Origin: an uncultured virus (IMG/VR IMGVR_UViG_3300038312_000396)
Lineage: Duplodnaviria > Heunggongvirae > Uroviricota > Caudoviricetes
Direction: 5' to 3' (one strand)
Virus record (IMG/VR): IMGVR_UViG_3300038312_000396
DNA: 64,000 nt
In this document: positions 10,047 to 20,280 of the stretch, in pieces
Position numbering within the stretch: position 1 is the first letter of the stretch
How the letters are laid out: every line of letters begins with the position of its first letter
Notes under the pieces: model-generated
Told to the model about the DNA's origin: nothing
Database searches by the model: none
What the model saw: only the letters and a program-made list of their open reading frames with translations
Made by a program: the position numbers and the translations under genes

Positions 10047-10993
10047 CTCTTATCCCCCTTTTTATCTATCTTTTTTATATATGTCGATATTTTATTTGAC
10101 ATGGTCTGTAATACATTAGCCATTGTATCTGCTACCCTGTCTTCAAATATAACAGGCTTTCCAAACGCTTTTAACTCAAAGTCTGGAAAATCTACCGATG
10201 TGTCAAACTCTGATGTGTCTATTGCCACATCCTTTTTAATACCCTCTTTTTTACCACTTTTTTCAGTCTTATGCTTTTCAAGCACGTTTATTGTGTCAAA
10301 GAAACTCCCTATTTCCTCAGGTTCATCCCCCTCTGGTTCTTCTTCCTCAATTATTATGTCACCGAATTCTTCGTATTCTTCATCTTCCTCTACCAATAAG
10401 TCACTATCTTCTATTTCAAGTTCGTCATATTCTTCTTCATATTCTACTACAACGTCACTATCGCCGATAACCTGTTCATCTTCTCCATCACTTATGTCGG
10501 CGAATTCATTGAAATCTTTTGACTTATTAAATAAACTATCAAACTCACTTTCATCATAGGTTTCATCCTCAGAATCTATGTCTTCCTCATATTCATTTTC
10601 GTCAAAAGAATCTGCACTCTCATTATTCTTACCCCTATTGTTTGTACTAAAGAAACTGTCTAACTCGTCACTATCGTATTCTTCGGTATATTCGCCATAA
10701 TCGTCTGTTTCTTCTTCCTCTTCCTCTGTTTCACTGTTTACTTCATATAAGTCTTCTATAAAAAATGGATCTATGTCGTCCTCGTCATCTTCCTCATATT
10801 CTACTTCGCCACCTGCTATTTTATAATACTCAACATATTTGAATAAGTCAGATAAATATTCAAGGGTACAAAGACACTGATCTTTATCGCTGTAAAAACT
10901 TTCTTCTAAAAAATCAAGTATCTTTGATATATCCTCTATGTATCCACTATAATTTATAAGTTTATCCCTCACTATTTCAAACATATAAACCAC
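10043..10993 (-). CDS. Highly acidic (D/E-rich) protein
   Basis: Long central Asp/Glu/Tyr-rich low-complexity region. Confidence 0.75.
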   Translation of the reverse strand: MVYMFEIVRDKLINYSGYIEDISKILDFLEESFYSDKDQCLCTLEYLSDLFKYVEYYKIAGGEVEYEEDDEDDIDPFFIEDLYEVNSETEEEEEETDDYGEYTEEYDSDELDSFFSTNNRGKNNESADSFDENEYEEDIDSEDETYDESEFDSLFNKSKDFNEFADISDGEDEQVIGDSDVVVEYEEEYDELEIEDSDLLVEEDEEYEEFGDIIIEEEEPEGDEPEEIGSFFDTINVLEKHKTEKSGKKEGIKKDVAIDTSEFDTSVDFPDFELKAFGKPVIFEDRVADTMANVLQTMSNKISTYIKKIDKKGDKS

Positions 10994-11069
10994 TCTCGCC
11001 TACCTCTATTAAAAAATTGTCCTTATTTTTTCTTTATTATCCCACCCATACTAACTTTTTGTGACAGAA

Positions 11070-11095
11070 AAATACCCTATGTTTATAGGGTATTT
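11070..11095 (-). terminator. Rho-independent terminator
   Basis: AAATACCCTAT...ATAGGGTATTT. Confidence 0.75.
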
Positions 11096-11145
11096 AAAAT
11101 AAAATTAAAAGAGAAATTTATGTAAATGGAGAATCTCAAAAATAC

Positions 11146-12972
11146 TTAAACCGCTTTTGTGTATATCGCTTGTATGCCTAACGGTTTATACGACCTAAAC
11201 AGTGTTGCCTTTCCAGATTCCATCACTTCTGGTGTTATTGTTAACGTGAAGCCTGAAATGTTTCCAGAGTCCTTACGCTTCTTAACAGCAGGTCTTGACA
11301 CCTCAAACCTATCTTTCAATTCTTGTAACATGTGATTTAAGGCTCTTTGCAAGTTCGTCTTTGCTTCAACTAGTGTCTTACACTGCCTAATGCTAATGCC
11401 CGCTTCTTTTGCAATGTGCCCGTAAATTGACATGTCCTCTGTCTTTAACAATTCCAGGTAATTTTCAAGTATGCTAATGTTTTTTGAAAGCAATGTGTTA
11501 GCTTGTACTGATCTCCATGTTAAGCCGTATACTTTATCTACAATGGAGCTATTTTTAGTAAATGCCGTTCTCTCAAATGTTCCGTCTACTTTTCTGTAAT
11601 CTATGACGACACAATTTTCTCTTGCTAAAGCATTAACAAATTCCAGCTTGTCCTCAATCTGTTTAAACTCTTTAGTGTAGTCCACTAAATCAGTAGTCAT
11701 ATTCACTCCCCTACCCGACATTAAGTCATCTGCAACACTTTCTGTTAATACTGTTGCTATAACTCTGTATGCCTTTGTATCCAGAATGATTGCAGATTCC
11801 TCTGTTGATCCGAAATACTCATTTAGTTTCTTGCCTATGATTGTAGGTATTATTCGCTTGTCATTAACAGAATTTATAAATCCTTGCATAACTCCCACTT
11901 GTTCTGGATATTCTTTTCCTAGTACTTCAACCAGCTTTAATTGTGTGTCAAGGGCATTTTCTTCTTCATCAAGTAACAAATTAACAAGCACATACCTTGC
12001 ACCCGAAATTCTTTTTGTGACTACTGATGCCTTACTGTTTTGAGATACCTCTCTTGGATTTAATATTGAAAACTCTAAAATTTTAGTAATGTTTACTGCA
12101 CGCACTCCTTGATCGTCAGCAGGTAAATCAATCTCGGGAAGTTTAATGTAACCTCTGTGGTAGATCCGCTTCTCTTTTATGTAAGATTCAGCAACCCTGT
12201 CAACTCTATCTTTGTCGTTAAATAATCCCATTAAAATGTCTTTGTTTACAGTCATACGTGCTACACGTACCGAACAATCCCTTTTAAGGTATACAAAGTT
12301 AACTAAATATTTTTCAGCAATAGCCTGGTAAAGACTTGCTACGCTTAAAAATGTTTTATAAGGACATATCGCTGTAAATAGCATGTTCTCTACACCACCA
12401 TTATCAATTTCCAAAGTGTACTCTATCTGATTAAATCTAAATGTGTACCTTGTTGTAGGATCGGCATTTACCCTGTTTCCTTTGTAATCTACTGACGGAT
12501 TTAGTTTGTCTGCGGGGTAAGTGTAGTTTATTAATTTTTCTTGCAAATCTTTTCTTGCTTTAACGGTGTCAAACTCTTTCAAACTTTTACCCCTTATCAC
12601 ACAACTAGTAAAGCCTTTTACTGTTCTTTCTTCAATGTAGCATTGTACTACTGAAAGCATGTAGCAACAGGCTAAAAACTTAAAACCTGTGTTGTTGCAC
12701 ATGTTTAATGGTATTGTTATGCCCAAGCTTTTCTGTAGCTTCATTGCAAACAAAATTCCTAGCCCAAGATGCATAGGATAGTTTGGCTTAATGCGGAACA
12801 CAGCTTTTGGGTTAGGATAAAACACTACGTCTGAATATTCTTTTTCTGACAAAAAATCCGATACTGGCAAATGTAAGCAATCAAAAAACTCTGTAGGAAC
12901 ACGATGCCGTATGCTTTCCACAATCATTTTGTCTACTTTTAGGTTTATGTCTGAAAATTTAAACACTCTCAA
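11146..12972 (-). CDS. Protein with two WYL/Sm-like (DUF2693-type) motifs
   Basis: VNFVYLKRDCSVRVARMTVN and VIDYRKVDGTFERTAFTKN resemble the F.Y.K.DG..R.A..T.N signature. Confidence 0.55.
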   Translation of the reverse strand: MRVFKFSDINLKVDKMIVESIRHRVPTEFFDCLHLPVSDFLSEKEYSDVVFYPNPKAVFRIKPNYPMHLGLGILFAMKLQKSLGITIPLNMCNNTGFKFLACCYMLSVVQCYIEERTVKGFTSCVIRGKSLKEFDTVKARKDLQEKLINYTYPADKLNPSVDYKGNRVNADPTTRYTFRFNQIEYTLEIDNGGVENMLFTAICPYKTFLSVASLYQAIAEKYLVNFVYLKRDCSVRVARMTVNKDILMGLFNDKDRVDRVAESYIKEKRIYHRGYIKLPEIDLPADDQGVRAVNITKILEFSILNPREVSQNSKASVVTKRISGARYVLVNLLLDEEENALDTQLKLVEVLGKEYPEQVGVMQGFINSVNDKRIIPTIIGKKLNEYFGSTEESAIILDTKAYRVIATVLTESVADDLMSGRGVNMTTDLVDYTKEFKQIEDKLEFVNALARENCVVIDYRKVDGTFERTAFTKNSSIVDKVYGLTWRSVQANTLLSKNISILENYLELLKTEDMSIYGHIAKEAGISIRQCKTLVEAKTNLQRALNHMLQELKDRFEVSRPAVKKRKDSGNISGFTLTITPEVMESGKATLFRSYKPLGIQAIYTKAV

Positions 12973-13028
12973 TCACCGCCATTTCTTTTTTATGTTTTTT
13001 ATAAATGTTAGTCGCTATTTTAAATTAC

Positions 13029-13074
13029 AAAAATAGTGCGAAAGTCCCTCTATGTGAACCAACGCACTATTTTT
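13029..13074 (-). terminator. Rho-independent terminator
   Basis: AAAAATAGTGCG...CGCACTATTTTT. Confidence 0.7.
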
Positions 13075-13090
13075 TAGGCTAAAATTTCGG

Positions 13091-16000
13091 TTAGTAATCA
13101 CTTGTTGTCGTGTCAGGTATAACAAATCTTCTATAAAAACCCGTGTCATTTACTGTCATTCCTATACTGAATGGTTTGCCCATTATATAGAATGTCTGTG
13201 CTGGCACTATGTCATAATAAAACTCCGCAGGATATCCCTCTGCAAATTGATTTGTGTATTTACCTGTGTCAGGTCCAAAATCAAAAGGTATTATCCCGGC
13301 GGCAAAAGGTTTCGATAGCCTTACTTCTGATGTGTAACGAACAATCTCTAATACCTCTGTGGTTTGCTCATTATACCAATTTCCCTCTCCACTATTTTTC
13401 TGTAGAGCATTTAGTAGTCTACTGTTAGCTCCCGTTAATTCCATTGCATCTAAAATTGATGTTGAAAGTCCCGCAGGTTTAGCTAAACTATTAGTAAAAT
13501 TAAGAGTATATGTTTGTGTTGATTCAGCACTTTGTGTGACATTAACCCCTGAGTTAAATTTAAACAACGAAGCAAAGTTATTAAGTATATGCCCATTCAT
13601 CTTAAATTTTAAATTTCTTGGAATTGCCGATGAAAATGAGTCAACAAATCTTCTATGTAATTCCCTTGAGTTGTCTGCTGTGTTTCCCCACAAACTTGCA
13701 TATTGCGGCTTAACCCTTACAAAGTACGATGTTAACGTAAATACCTTATCTGAAATACTATTAAGTGAAAAAGCACTACCAGCAGGTATGACACCATCAT
13801 ACCCTGCAATTCTATCGTCTAAGGCTTTTGCTTTAGCGTCCCTTGCATAAGGTGCATTAAGTACTAAATTTTCGTTATGTATAGCAGTAGTACTGATAGA
13901 ATGTACAGTAACAGGTGTTAACACTCTCTTGACTTCCCCCACAACATAAGCTGTACCCTCTGATCCTGATGTAGTGTAATACTTCATAGGTACTTCGGGA
14001 TAAAAGTATATAGGTGTAGGTGAAGTTATCCTATAAGTTGTGGTACTTCCACTTTTACTTGAATCGTACACAGGTGTGCTAATAACTGACTTTGTTGTAG
14101 GCACAAACGTCTTCACAGCCAAATTAATATTCTGTCTAGGTAATGTTGGCACTGAAAATGATGTGTACAGATTGAATACATTGGAAAATAGTCCTCTATC
14201 AAAAATTCGTTTCCATCTTATTTTATTGTCTTGCGTCACTAAGTCAATGTAACTTGTAGTAGAGCCTGATGGTTTACGAACATTAACAGGTCTATTATCG
14301 CAAGGAAACAGGTTTAATGGAAAAGAAGCTCCAGAACCTTTCCAACTTGCTAGTGTAGGTAAATCCCCATATCCACTCCTTGAAAAGAGTAACGTAGTAT
14401 CTATGCCTGACATTGTTAAGTCTGTAAAACTTGTACTCGACTTAAATTTTTCTGTGTTTAAGGCATTATGTATTAATTCAGGCATGCTCTCTGTTGACCG
14501 TACCCCATACTCTTCATAATTGTCGAATAGATTATTGTAAGTATCTTTAAACGTATATGTATGAGTATAATCTCTTATTTCTGAAAAGTCTAAATAATCT
14601 ATACGATTCCAACGCTTGTCAGTTCCCGCATACGGAGTGGATGTAGGCAAATCCCCATGCCTGTCAGAACCAGACGGTGAACATGTCTCAACGTAATCTC
14701 CCTGGTCTACCCAACCGTATTTTGCTGCTATCTTCGATCGTGTTTCTACCTCATACCTGTCATAATATGAGTTATATGATTCTACATAAGTGTACCTGCG
14801 ATAATCACTATCCGTAGGCGATGACGATGACGACCATAAAGTAGTTCCTATATATTCCCAATCAGACCATTTTTCATCCTCTATTTTCTCCCATGCCTGT
14901 AACTCATACTCTTCCCACGTGTAATAATTATAATTAGTTACATAACTATGAGAATCTCCTTTTGACGAATCCCACGATACCCCATTGTATGACTTAGGTA
15001 AATTCATGGAAGTTGTGTCAGTTGTCTCACTTATAGATGCTGTTCTTGAACCTGATGCAGGTGAGTACGAATTTTTGCTAACCGTAAACGTATTAAAATT
15101 ACCGCCAGTTAATTGAGGATAATACCTTGTAAGCATATTTTCTTCTATTGTATAATCCCCTGACACTATAGGTGTGCTCGGCATATCTTGTTGATATGAA
15201 ACAACTATAGTTCCAACATTATTCCTGTAATTATTCACTTCTGACACGCTCTCAAACGTAAATATATGTTTGCCATTTTGATTTACCCAGTAAGGTCTAG
15301 CTGATGTATGAAAGAAATCTCTATCTCCTGTATCCGATATGTAATTCTCATAAGTCGACACTGTTACTTCTGAACCGTTTGGAGATTCAGCTATAATTGC
15401 AACAGGTGAATACCCTGTTCTGTAACTATACCCTTTTATTGCTTCAACAACGCTGTTACTTCCTGATTCATGTGTATCAGAGATTACTGATTGTTTTAAT
15501 ACATGCTCTATACCACCAAAGTTATACAATGTCGATTTTGTTACAGAGCCTATACTTGCAATCAGTTCTCTTTGTTTAGTACCGTCTAGTAAATTGTATT
15601 CAGCAACAACTTTCATTGTTAAGTCCATAACATCCATTGTCTCAAATTCAAATTCTATTACCAAAGGATTGTCGCTGTTTAACGCATGTGCTCCTCCCCA
15701 TAAACCAGATACATGAGATAAACTTTCATTTATATCCGCACCATATAAAGGTGCATAAACTTCATCTGCTGTAGTTGGATTATAAAATCTGAATCTCATA
15801 GAGGATAAACTCAAGTGAAATTCTTCCATCCATGTAGGTGAAGATGCGGATTTTACCCTTACTTTTAGTGACTTTGTAAAGGACATATTGTCAGAAGAAT
15901 TTATGAACGGTGAGCCTAAATAATATGGAATACATAATGCCCCTTTTAAAGTCTTATCTTGTAATTTGAAATGATTCCTTGTTAATGCTGTTGACGCACC

Positions 16001-17464
16001 TATCTCTTCCTGTTCATCACTAGCTAAACCTCTAAAAACAGACATGTCGACAAACATTGGTTCTGCTACACCATATTTAACATCGTCATCTAACAAATAA
16101 AATCCTGCCGATATCGCATCAGTGTAAGTTATCTCCTGCCTTGATGTAAAGTTTCTGCCATTCTTAACATCCATAGCTATAAGCAAGGTTGTTAGCTCTC
16201 TTAGATCGCTAGGAAAACCCTCTACATTATAATTATAATTGAAATACCCCACATTTGCTAACGGATAGTTTATTAACGCATACATACCTGCTATGTCACC
16301 TAATGTTTTAATTGTCCCGCCAGAGTCATAGTCTTTTATTTTTACAGAAGTGTTTAAAGGTATTTCTGTCTTACTTTTTACTTCTTGGTATCCTACTCCA
16401 AGTGCTTGTTCATAGTTTGGTTGGAGATGGAGTTTTTCATATGTTCCAGTATCAGGCTGTAAAACAGATACAAATAACGTGTCCATAGCTCCGTCAGGGT
16501 AGGACGGTGTTAGATACTTACCCAATATTGCTTTTTTAATATAGTTCGCACCTAACCAATTGTTGAGTACAGCATTGTTCCACCTAACATCAGTTCCATC
16601 TGTATAGGCGGAATTATGAAGTCCATTGTATTTCTTTAAAGCTTCTACATACTGTCCACCTGACGAAAATTCATCTTTCGCTGAGTAACTGCCCCATTCA
16701 TCCATGTCTGTGTACGCCGTGGCTATATATTGCCCCTCTCCTACCTTTATGAATGGCTTTATTCCTACTTGAAAGAATATGTAAACATTTTCTCCATTGT
16801 TCACCGCACTTAATTTATTTAATGCTTCCAACGCAGTGTATGTCATGCTCTCAGGCTTTAATGTACCATTACTATTATATATCTGATAATCTGGTGAGTA
16901 TGTTTTATTCTGCTGTGATGCGGGTAACGCAGGAATTGGGTAACCTGCATAAACTGTCTTTTTCTTATCTAATCCATACTGTCCACTTGCAATTCCTCTG
17001 TACCATCCTGGAAATCCATTTGCGGCTACCCCCTCATTCGGTACTAATTTTGAAAGTCTTTCACAGTTAGCAAAAGATGATCCTGTTGGCGATGATGGGG
17101 TGAATAATTTTACTGTACCTATTCCGCTTGAATTGTTACCGTATACTGAGATGAAAGGTAGAGATGCGTAGTCCCAGTATTGTAAATATTCTTTAATTAA
17201 TCTGTCTTTTGTAATGTTTGTTAAATCTACAGACGGTGCATCTATGCTTAAACAGTTTTTTATTTCCGCTTCTGTAACAGCATACACCCTTGTTGCATTT
17301 GTCCTTAACGGATCAATTATCGCCCATGTGCCCTCTGATATTAACCTTGATGAATACCCTGTGCCACTTAAATCTGTTTCTGTGGCACTTACTGTCAGCA
17401 TGAGAGAACATATAATTATCCCTATTATTGTAAGTGCCAGTTTAAACTTTGACTTGTTCAACAA
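13091..17464 (-). CDS. Very large secreted protein (1457 aa), possible adhesin/surface protein
   Basis: Sec-type signal peptide; S/T/Y/G-rich composition; W/Y-rich segment in the C-terminal half. Confidence 0.7.
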   Translation of the reverse strand: MLNKSKFKLALTIIGIIICSLMLTVSATETDLSGTGYSSRLISEGTWAIIDPLRTNATRVYAVTEAEIKNCLSIDAPSVDLTNITKDRLIKEYLQYWDYASLPFISVYGNNSSGIGTVKLFTPSSPTGSSFANCERLSKLVPNEGVAANGFPGWYRGIASGQYGLDKKKTVYAGYPIPALPASQQNKTYSPDYQIYNSNGTLKPESMTYTALEALNKLSAVNNGENVYIFFQVGIKPFIKVGEGQYIATAYTDMDEWGSYSAKDEFSSGGQYVEALKKYNGLHNSAYTDGTDVRWNNAVLNNWLGANYIKKAILGKYLTPSYPDGAMDTLFVSVLQPDTGTYEKLHLQPNYEQALGVGYQEVKSKTEIPLNTSVKIKDYDSGGTIKTLGDIAGMYALINYPLANVGYFNYNYNVEGFPSDLRELTTLLIAMDVKNGRNFTSRQEITYTDAISAGFYLLDDDVKYGVAEPMFVDMSVFRGLASDEQEEIGASTALTRNHFKLQDKTLKGALCIPYYLGSPFINSSDNMSFTKSLKVRVKSASSPTWMEEFHLSLSSMRFRFYNPTTADEVYAPLYGADINESLSHVSGLWGGAHALNSDNPLVIEFEFETMDVMDLTMKVVAEYNLLDGTKQRELIASIGSVTKSTLYNFGGIEHVLKQSVISDTHESGSNSVVEAIKGYSYRTGYSPVAIIAESPNGSEVTVSTYENYISDTGDRDFFHTSARPYWVNQNGKHIFTFESVSEVNNYRNNVGTIVVSYQQDMPSTPIVSGDYTIEENMLTRYYPQLTGGNFNTFTVSKNSYSPASGSRTASISETTDTTSMNLPKSYNGVSWDSSKGDSHSYVTNYNYYTWEEYELQAWEKIEDEKWSDWEYIGTTLWSSSSSPTDSDYRRYTYVESYNSYYDRYEVETRSKIAAKYGWVDQGDYVETCSPSGSDRHGDLPTSTPYAGTDKRWNRIDYLDFSEIRDYTHTYTFKDTYNNLFDNYEEYGVRSTESMPELIHNALNTEKFKSSTSFTDLTMSGIDTTLLFSRSGYGDLPTLASWKGSGASFPLNLFPCDNRPVNVRKPSGSTTSYIDLVTQDNKIRWKRIFDRGLFSNVFNLYTSFSVPTLPRQNINLAVKTFVPTTKSVISTPVYDSSKSGSTTTYRITSPTPIYFYPEVPMKYYTTSGSEGTAYVVGEVKRVLTPVTVHSISTTAIHNENLVLNAPYARDAKAKALDDRIAGYDGVIPAGSAFSLNSISDKVFTLTSYFVRVKPQYASLWGNTADNSRELHRRFVDSFSSAIPRNLKFKMNGHILNNFASLFKFNSGVNVTQSAESTQTYTLNFTNSLAKPAGLSTSILDAMELTGANSRLLNALQKNSGEGNWYNEQTTEVLEIVRYTSEVRLSKPFAAGIIPFDFGPDTGKYTNQFAEGYPAEFYYDIVPAQTFYIMGKPFSIGMTVNDTGFYRRFVIPDTTTSDY

Positions 17465-17498
17465 AAATCACTCCTAACTCTAAATTTTCCATTAGTAA

Positions 17499-19043
17499 CT
17501 ATTCTACTATTAAAGGTATTTTGTTAGCTTCACAATAAGTCACGTACGCAAAAACTCCTGCTGACGAAAATTCAATCCCTAAGTCCTCATTGATAAACTT
17601 ATGCCAATTCTCCCTTTTTGCTTCAAATGTATCTCCTGTAATACCTAATAATGTCATGTGATTGCCTAATCGTGTCTCGTACGATTCTAAGAATTCAAAT
17701 TTAAACCCTAAACTTTCCTCAAACCATAACTTTTTACGTGTCATGTCCCAATCCTCATTGTACGTTTCTACGAGTTCACCGATAAGCATTGATCCACTTT
17801 CTACACCACTATTGTTTGAACCTATATCTTTGTTTACTTCTTGATACGCTACAGGGTTATATTCTCCTGCATTAAAGTTTAAACCAGACAAGTCTTTTTG
17901 TCTTTTCGATACTGGAAGTCTCTGAGCAGGTCTAAATGCTCTTGCAAGTGTAGCTATAGCTTCTGCTCTTGTTAGCTGTTTATTCCATCCAGATGAACCA
18001 TCTGGCATACCACACATAATGCCAAAATAATTAAGTCCATTAATTACTCTTAATGTTGCTTCTGTCATAGGTTCTGTACCTGCTACTACCCTTTGGAATG
18101 GGGGATAGTAATAAGGTAAAGATACCCCAAATTCTTGCATAAGTCTTCCTGCTTCAGGAGAATCCCATTGACATTCACTTGACGGTTTAACTGTTAATGG
18201 TGTATCATTAAAGTATTTAACTTTTGCCATCATGTTGCCTAGTTCGTGAGTATACTCGTTAACTATTGCTCTTGAAACCAAGCTTGCTATTTCCCCTCTA
18301 TAACAAGGTAACTTCATTTCTTCACGTGAGTATGTTCCTACAGGTATGCCGTCAAGGTGCATAAAATACGAAAACCACCATTCGTCTTGCATACCTTTGA
18401 ATCTTTCATTATATTTCAACTTATCGCCAAATCCTCTACCCAATATAAAGTCTATTTCCTTTTGTTCCATTTCTTTATACCCTTGTAATCTCCCAATCAT
18501 AGCCCAAAACTCTGCCCTTGTAACAGTGTTAGCTCCTGCAAATATTAAACCCTCTGAACCCATTCCGTTAATGATACCCTTAGAGGTCATTAATGCTAAG
18601 TCTTTTATATACCATTCTGTTCCTGTTATGTCTGAAAATCTATAAGGCATTAGCTCAACTATTTTTGTAATCTCTTCATCAGTATAAAGTTCGGCTTTCT
18701 TAGTCCTGTCAATTCCCATAGCTTCTACTTTTGCATAAAACTGTTCTTGTGTCAATCTCTCTTCTTGATTTATGGTGTTCTCATATGCAGGTGTATTAGC
18801 CGCCATTAAGATGTGTAATTCTTTTTCTGGTTCTAAGTTAATTACATATACATCTGGTGTCTTATCTATTACATTATTTACGTATGAAACTATAGAAGTC
18901 TTTTCACTACCAAACCTGTCAAAATAACTGTCACCATCCCTTAGACTGTTAAGCGTAAATCCTGGCAATGTGTTCGCCAATATCATTACAGCTACGATTC
19001 CACCGTTTATTACCTTTGTACATATATTGCCTTTAAATGCCAT
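17499..19043 (-). CDS. SLH (S-layer homology) domain protein
   Basis: FSDITGTEWY...KGIING...VTRAEF and G+MCGMPDG...LTRAEA SLH-type repeats; signal peptide. Confidence 0.8.
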   Translation of the reverse strand: MAFKGNICTKVINGGIVAVMILANTLPGFTLNSLRDGDSYFDRFGSEKTSIVSYVNNVIDKTPDVYVINLEPEKELHILMAANTPAYENTINQEERLTQEQFYAKVEAMGIDRTKKAELYTDEEITKIVELMPYRFSDITGTEWYIKDLALMTSKGIINGMGSEGLIFAGANTVTRAEFWAMIGRLQGYKEMEQKEIDFILGRGFGDKLKYNERFKGMQDEWWFSYFMHLDGIPVGTYSREEMKLPCYRGEIASLVSRAIVNEYTHELGNMMAKVKYFNDTPLTVKPSSECQWDSPEAGRLMQEFGVSLPYYYPPFQRVVAGTEPMTEATLRVINGLNYFGIMCGMPDGSSGWNKQLTRAEAIATLARAFRPAQRLPVSKRQKDLSGLNFNAGEYNPVAYQEVNKDIGSNNSGVESGSMLIGELVETYNEDWDMTRKKLWFEESLGFKFEFLESYETRLGNHMTLLGITGDTFEAKRENWHKFINEDLGIEFSSAGVFAYVTYCEANKIPLIVE

Positions 19044-19120
19044 GTTAAAAACCTCCCGATTCTTTACTTATACCCTCTATAAGATTACGTACTTAAATTT
19101 TAAGTAAAAGGTAAAATAAA

Positions 19121-19149
19121 AAATAAGATGTATTTATATACATCTTATT
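19121..19149 (-). terminator. Rho-independent terminator
   Basis: AATAAGATGTA...TACATCTTATT. Confidence 0.7.
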
Positions 19150-19181
19150 CATGTTAATATATGCAGTTATTTACTTTAACT

Positions 19182-19892
19182 TTAAACTTCCATTTCGCTG
19201 CCGTCATCTAAAATAGCAACTCTACGTCTCCCGATTTTTTGCCCGTAATCATTTATTTCAGCCACTTCTTTCAATTCCATTATGCTTGTCCTTTTGTAAA
19301 AACCTGATTCGGAAATACCCAACAAATAGTATCCCTCTTTATTCTTACATAATGCACTGCCATTTTTAAAAGGTTCACCGTAAACAGCCTCGTGATCAAA
19401 TCTACCGTTATATGTCAAATACCAAGCTTTTAAATCGGAATCAAGTCCCGTCACAACTTTACTCTCGTTATCAAGTTCGAATCTCTGGGCTTCTTTTACC
19501 GCTATTAGCATGGTGTTGTCATCTGGAAACTCCAACCATGTAAAAATGTTAATCGGTGGCTTGTCTTTAAATTTACAAGTGTAAAGGCTCAACAGCATTC
19601 CTTTTGGAATCTCTTTGTGAATGTTTAACTCCACAGTATCTGGATGAAGTTCACTTATCCGATTTATGAAAATCCCCTCAATTTCAAGACACATATCCCA
19701 GACAGTACTCCCGCCCTGTTTCTTTGTTTTTTTAACTCTCTCGAGAAATTCAAAGTCACCCTCTCTTTTTGCTTGTTCAATTAAATCCTTTTCCGCTTCT
19801 CTCGTTTTCTTAAGAAATTCAGAGTCGCTGTTCGACTTTTTAAATTGCCTGACAAAGTCTCTATTAGACTTTTTCTTCGCCAACCTCTCCAA
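19182..19892 (-). CDS. Hypothetical protein, paralogue of 20281-21117
   Basis: Shared FKNG/FRNG...EV...N..G.KIG C-terminal module. Confidence 0.7.
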   Translation of the reverse strand: MERLAKKKSNRDFVRQFKKSNSDSEFLKKTREAEKDLIEQAKREGDFEFLERVKKTKKQGGSTVWDMCLEIEGIFINRISELHPDTVELNIHKEIPKGMLLSLYTCKFKDKPPINIFTWLEFPDDNTMLIAVKEAQRFELDNESKVVTGLDSDLKAWYLTYNGRFDHEAVYGEPFKNGSALCKNKEGYYLLGISESGFYKRTSIMELKEVAEINDYGQKIGRRRVAILDDGSEMEV

Positions 19893-20280
19893 CCCCTCTC
19901 TTTTTACTAACTTTTTTTAATACTTCGACTACTACTTACGTTTAAATTGACTTTCAGTGTCTAATTACTCACTATTACCTCTTTGGATTTATGTGCTTGA
20001 ATTTTAAATAAAAAGTAAAAAAATAAGAGATAATCATATACCTCTTATAGTGTTGATTATCTCTTTAATGTATACAACAAAAACACCGCTTTGTTGCTAT
20101 TGTTTAAGTTTTAGAAGATATGTGCAATTCTCTTTTAGCCATTCTTCAACTTCTAAATCAGTAAGATACCACGTGTCTGTGAACCAAAAACCAAATTGTA
20201 AAACAAAAAAAATCGGGAAGTGTTTAATAACTAATTATGAATTTAATATATTCGATTTATGCCGATTGAATCGTTTAAAG

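Noticed and set aside
20097..20215. Short frame LQFGFWFTDTWYLTDLEVEEWLKENCTYLLKLKQ*
   Set aside because: Looks protein-like but has no start/RBS and no paralogue in the window; cannot support as gene or assign as pseudogene
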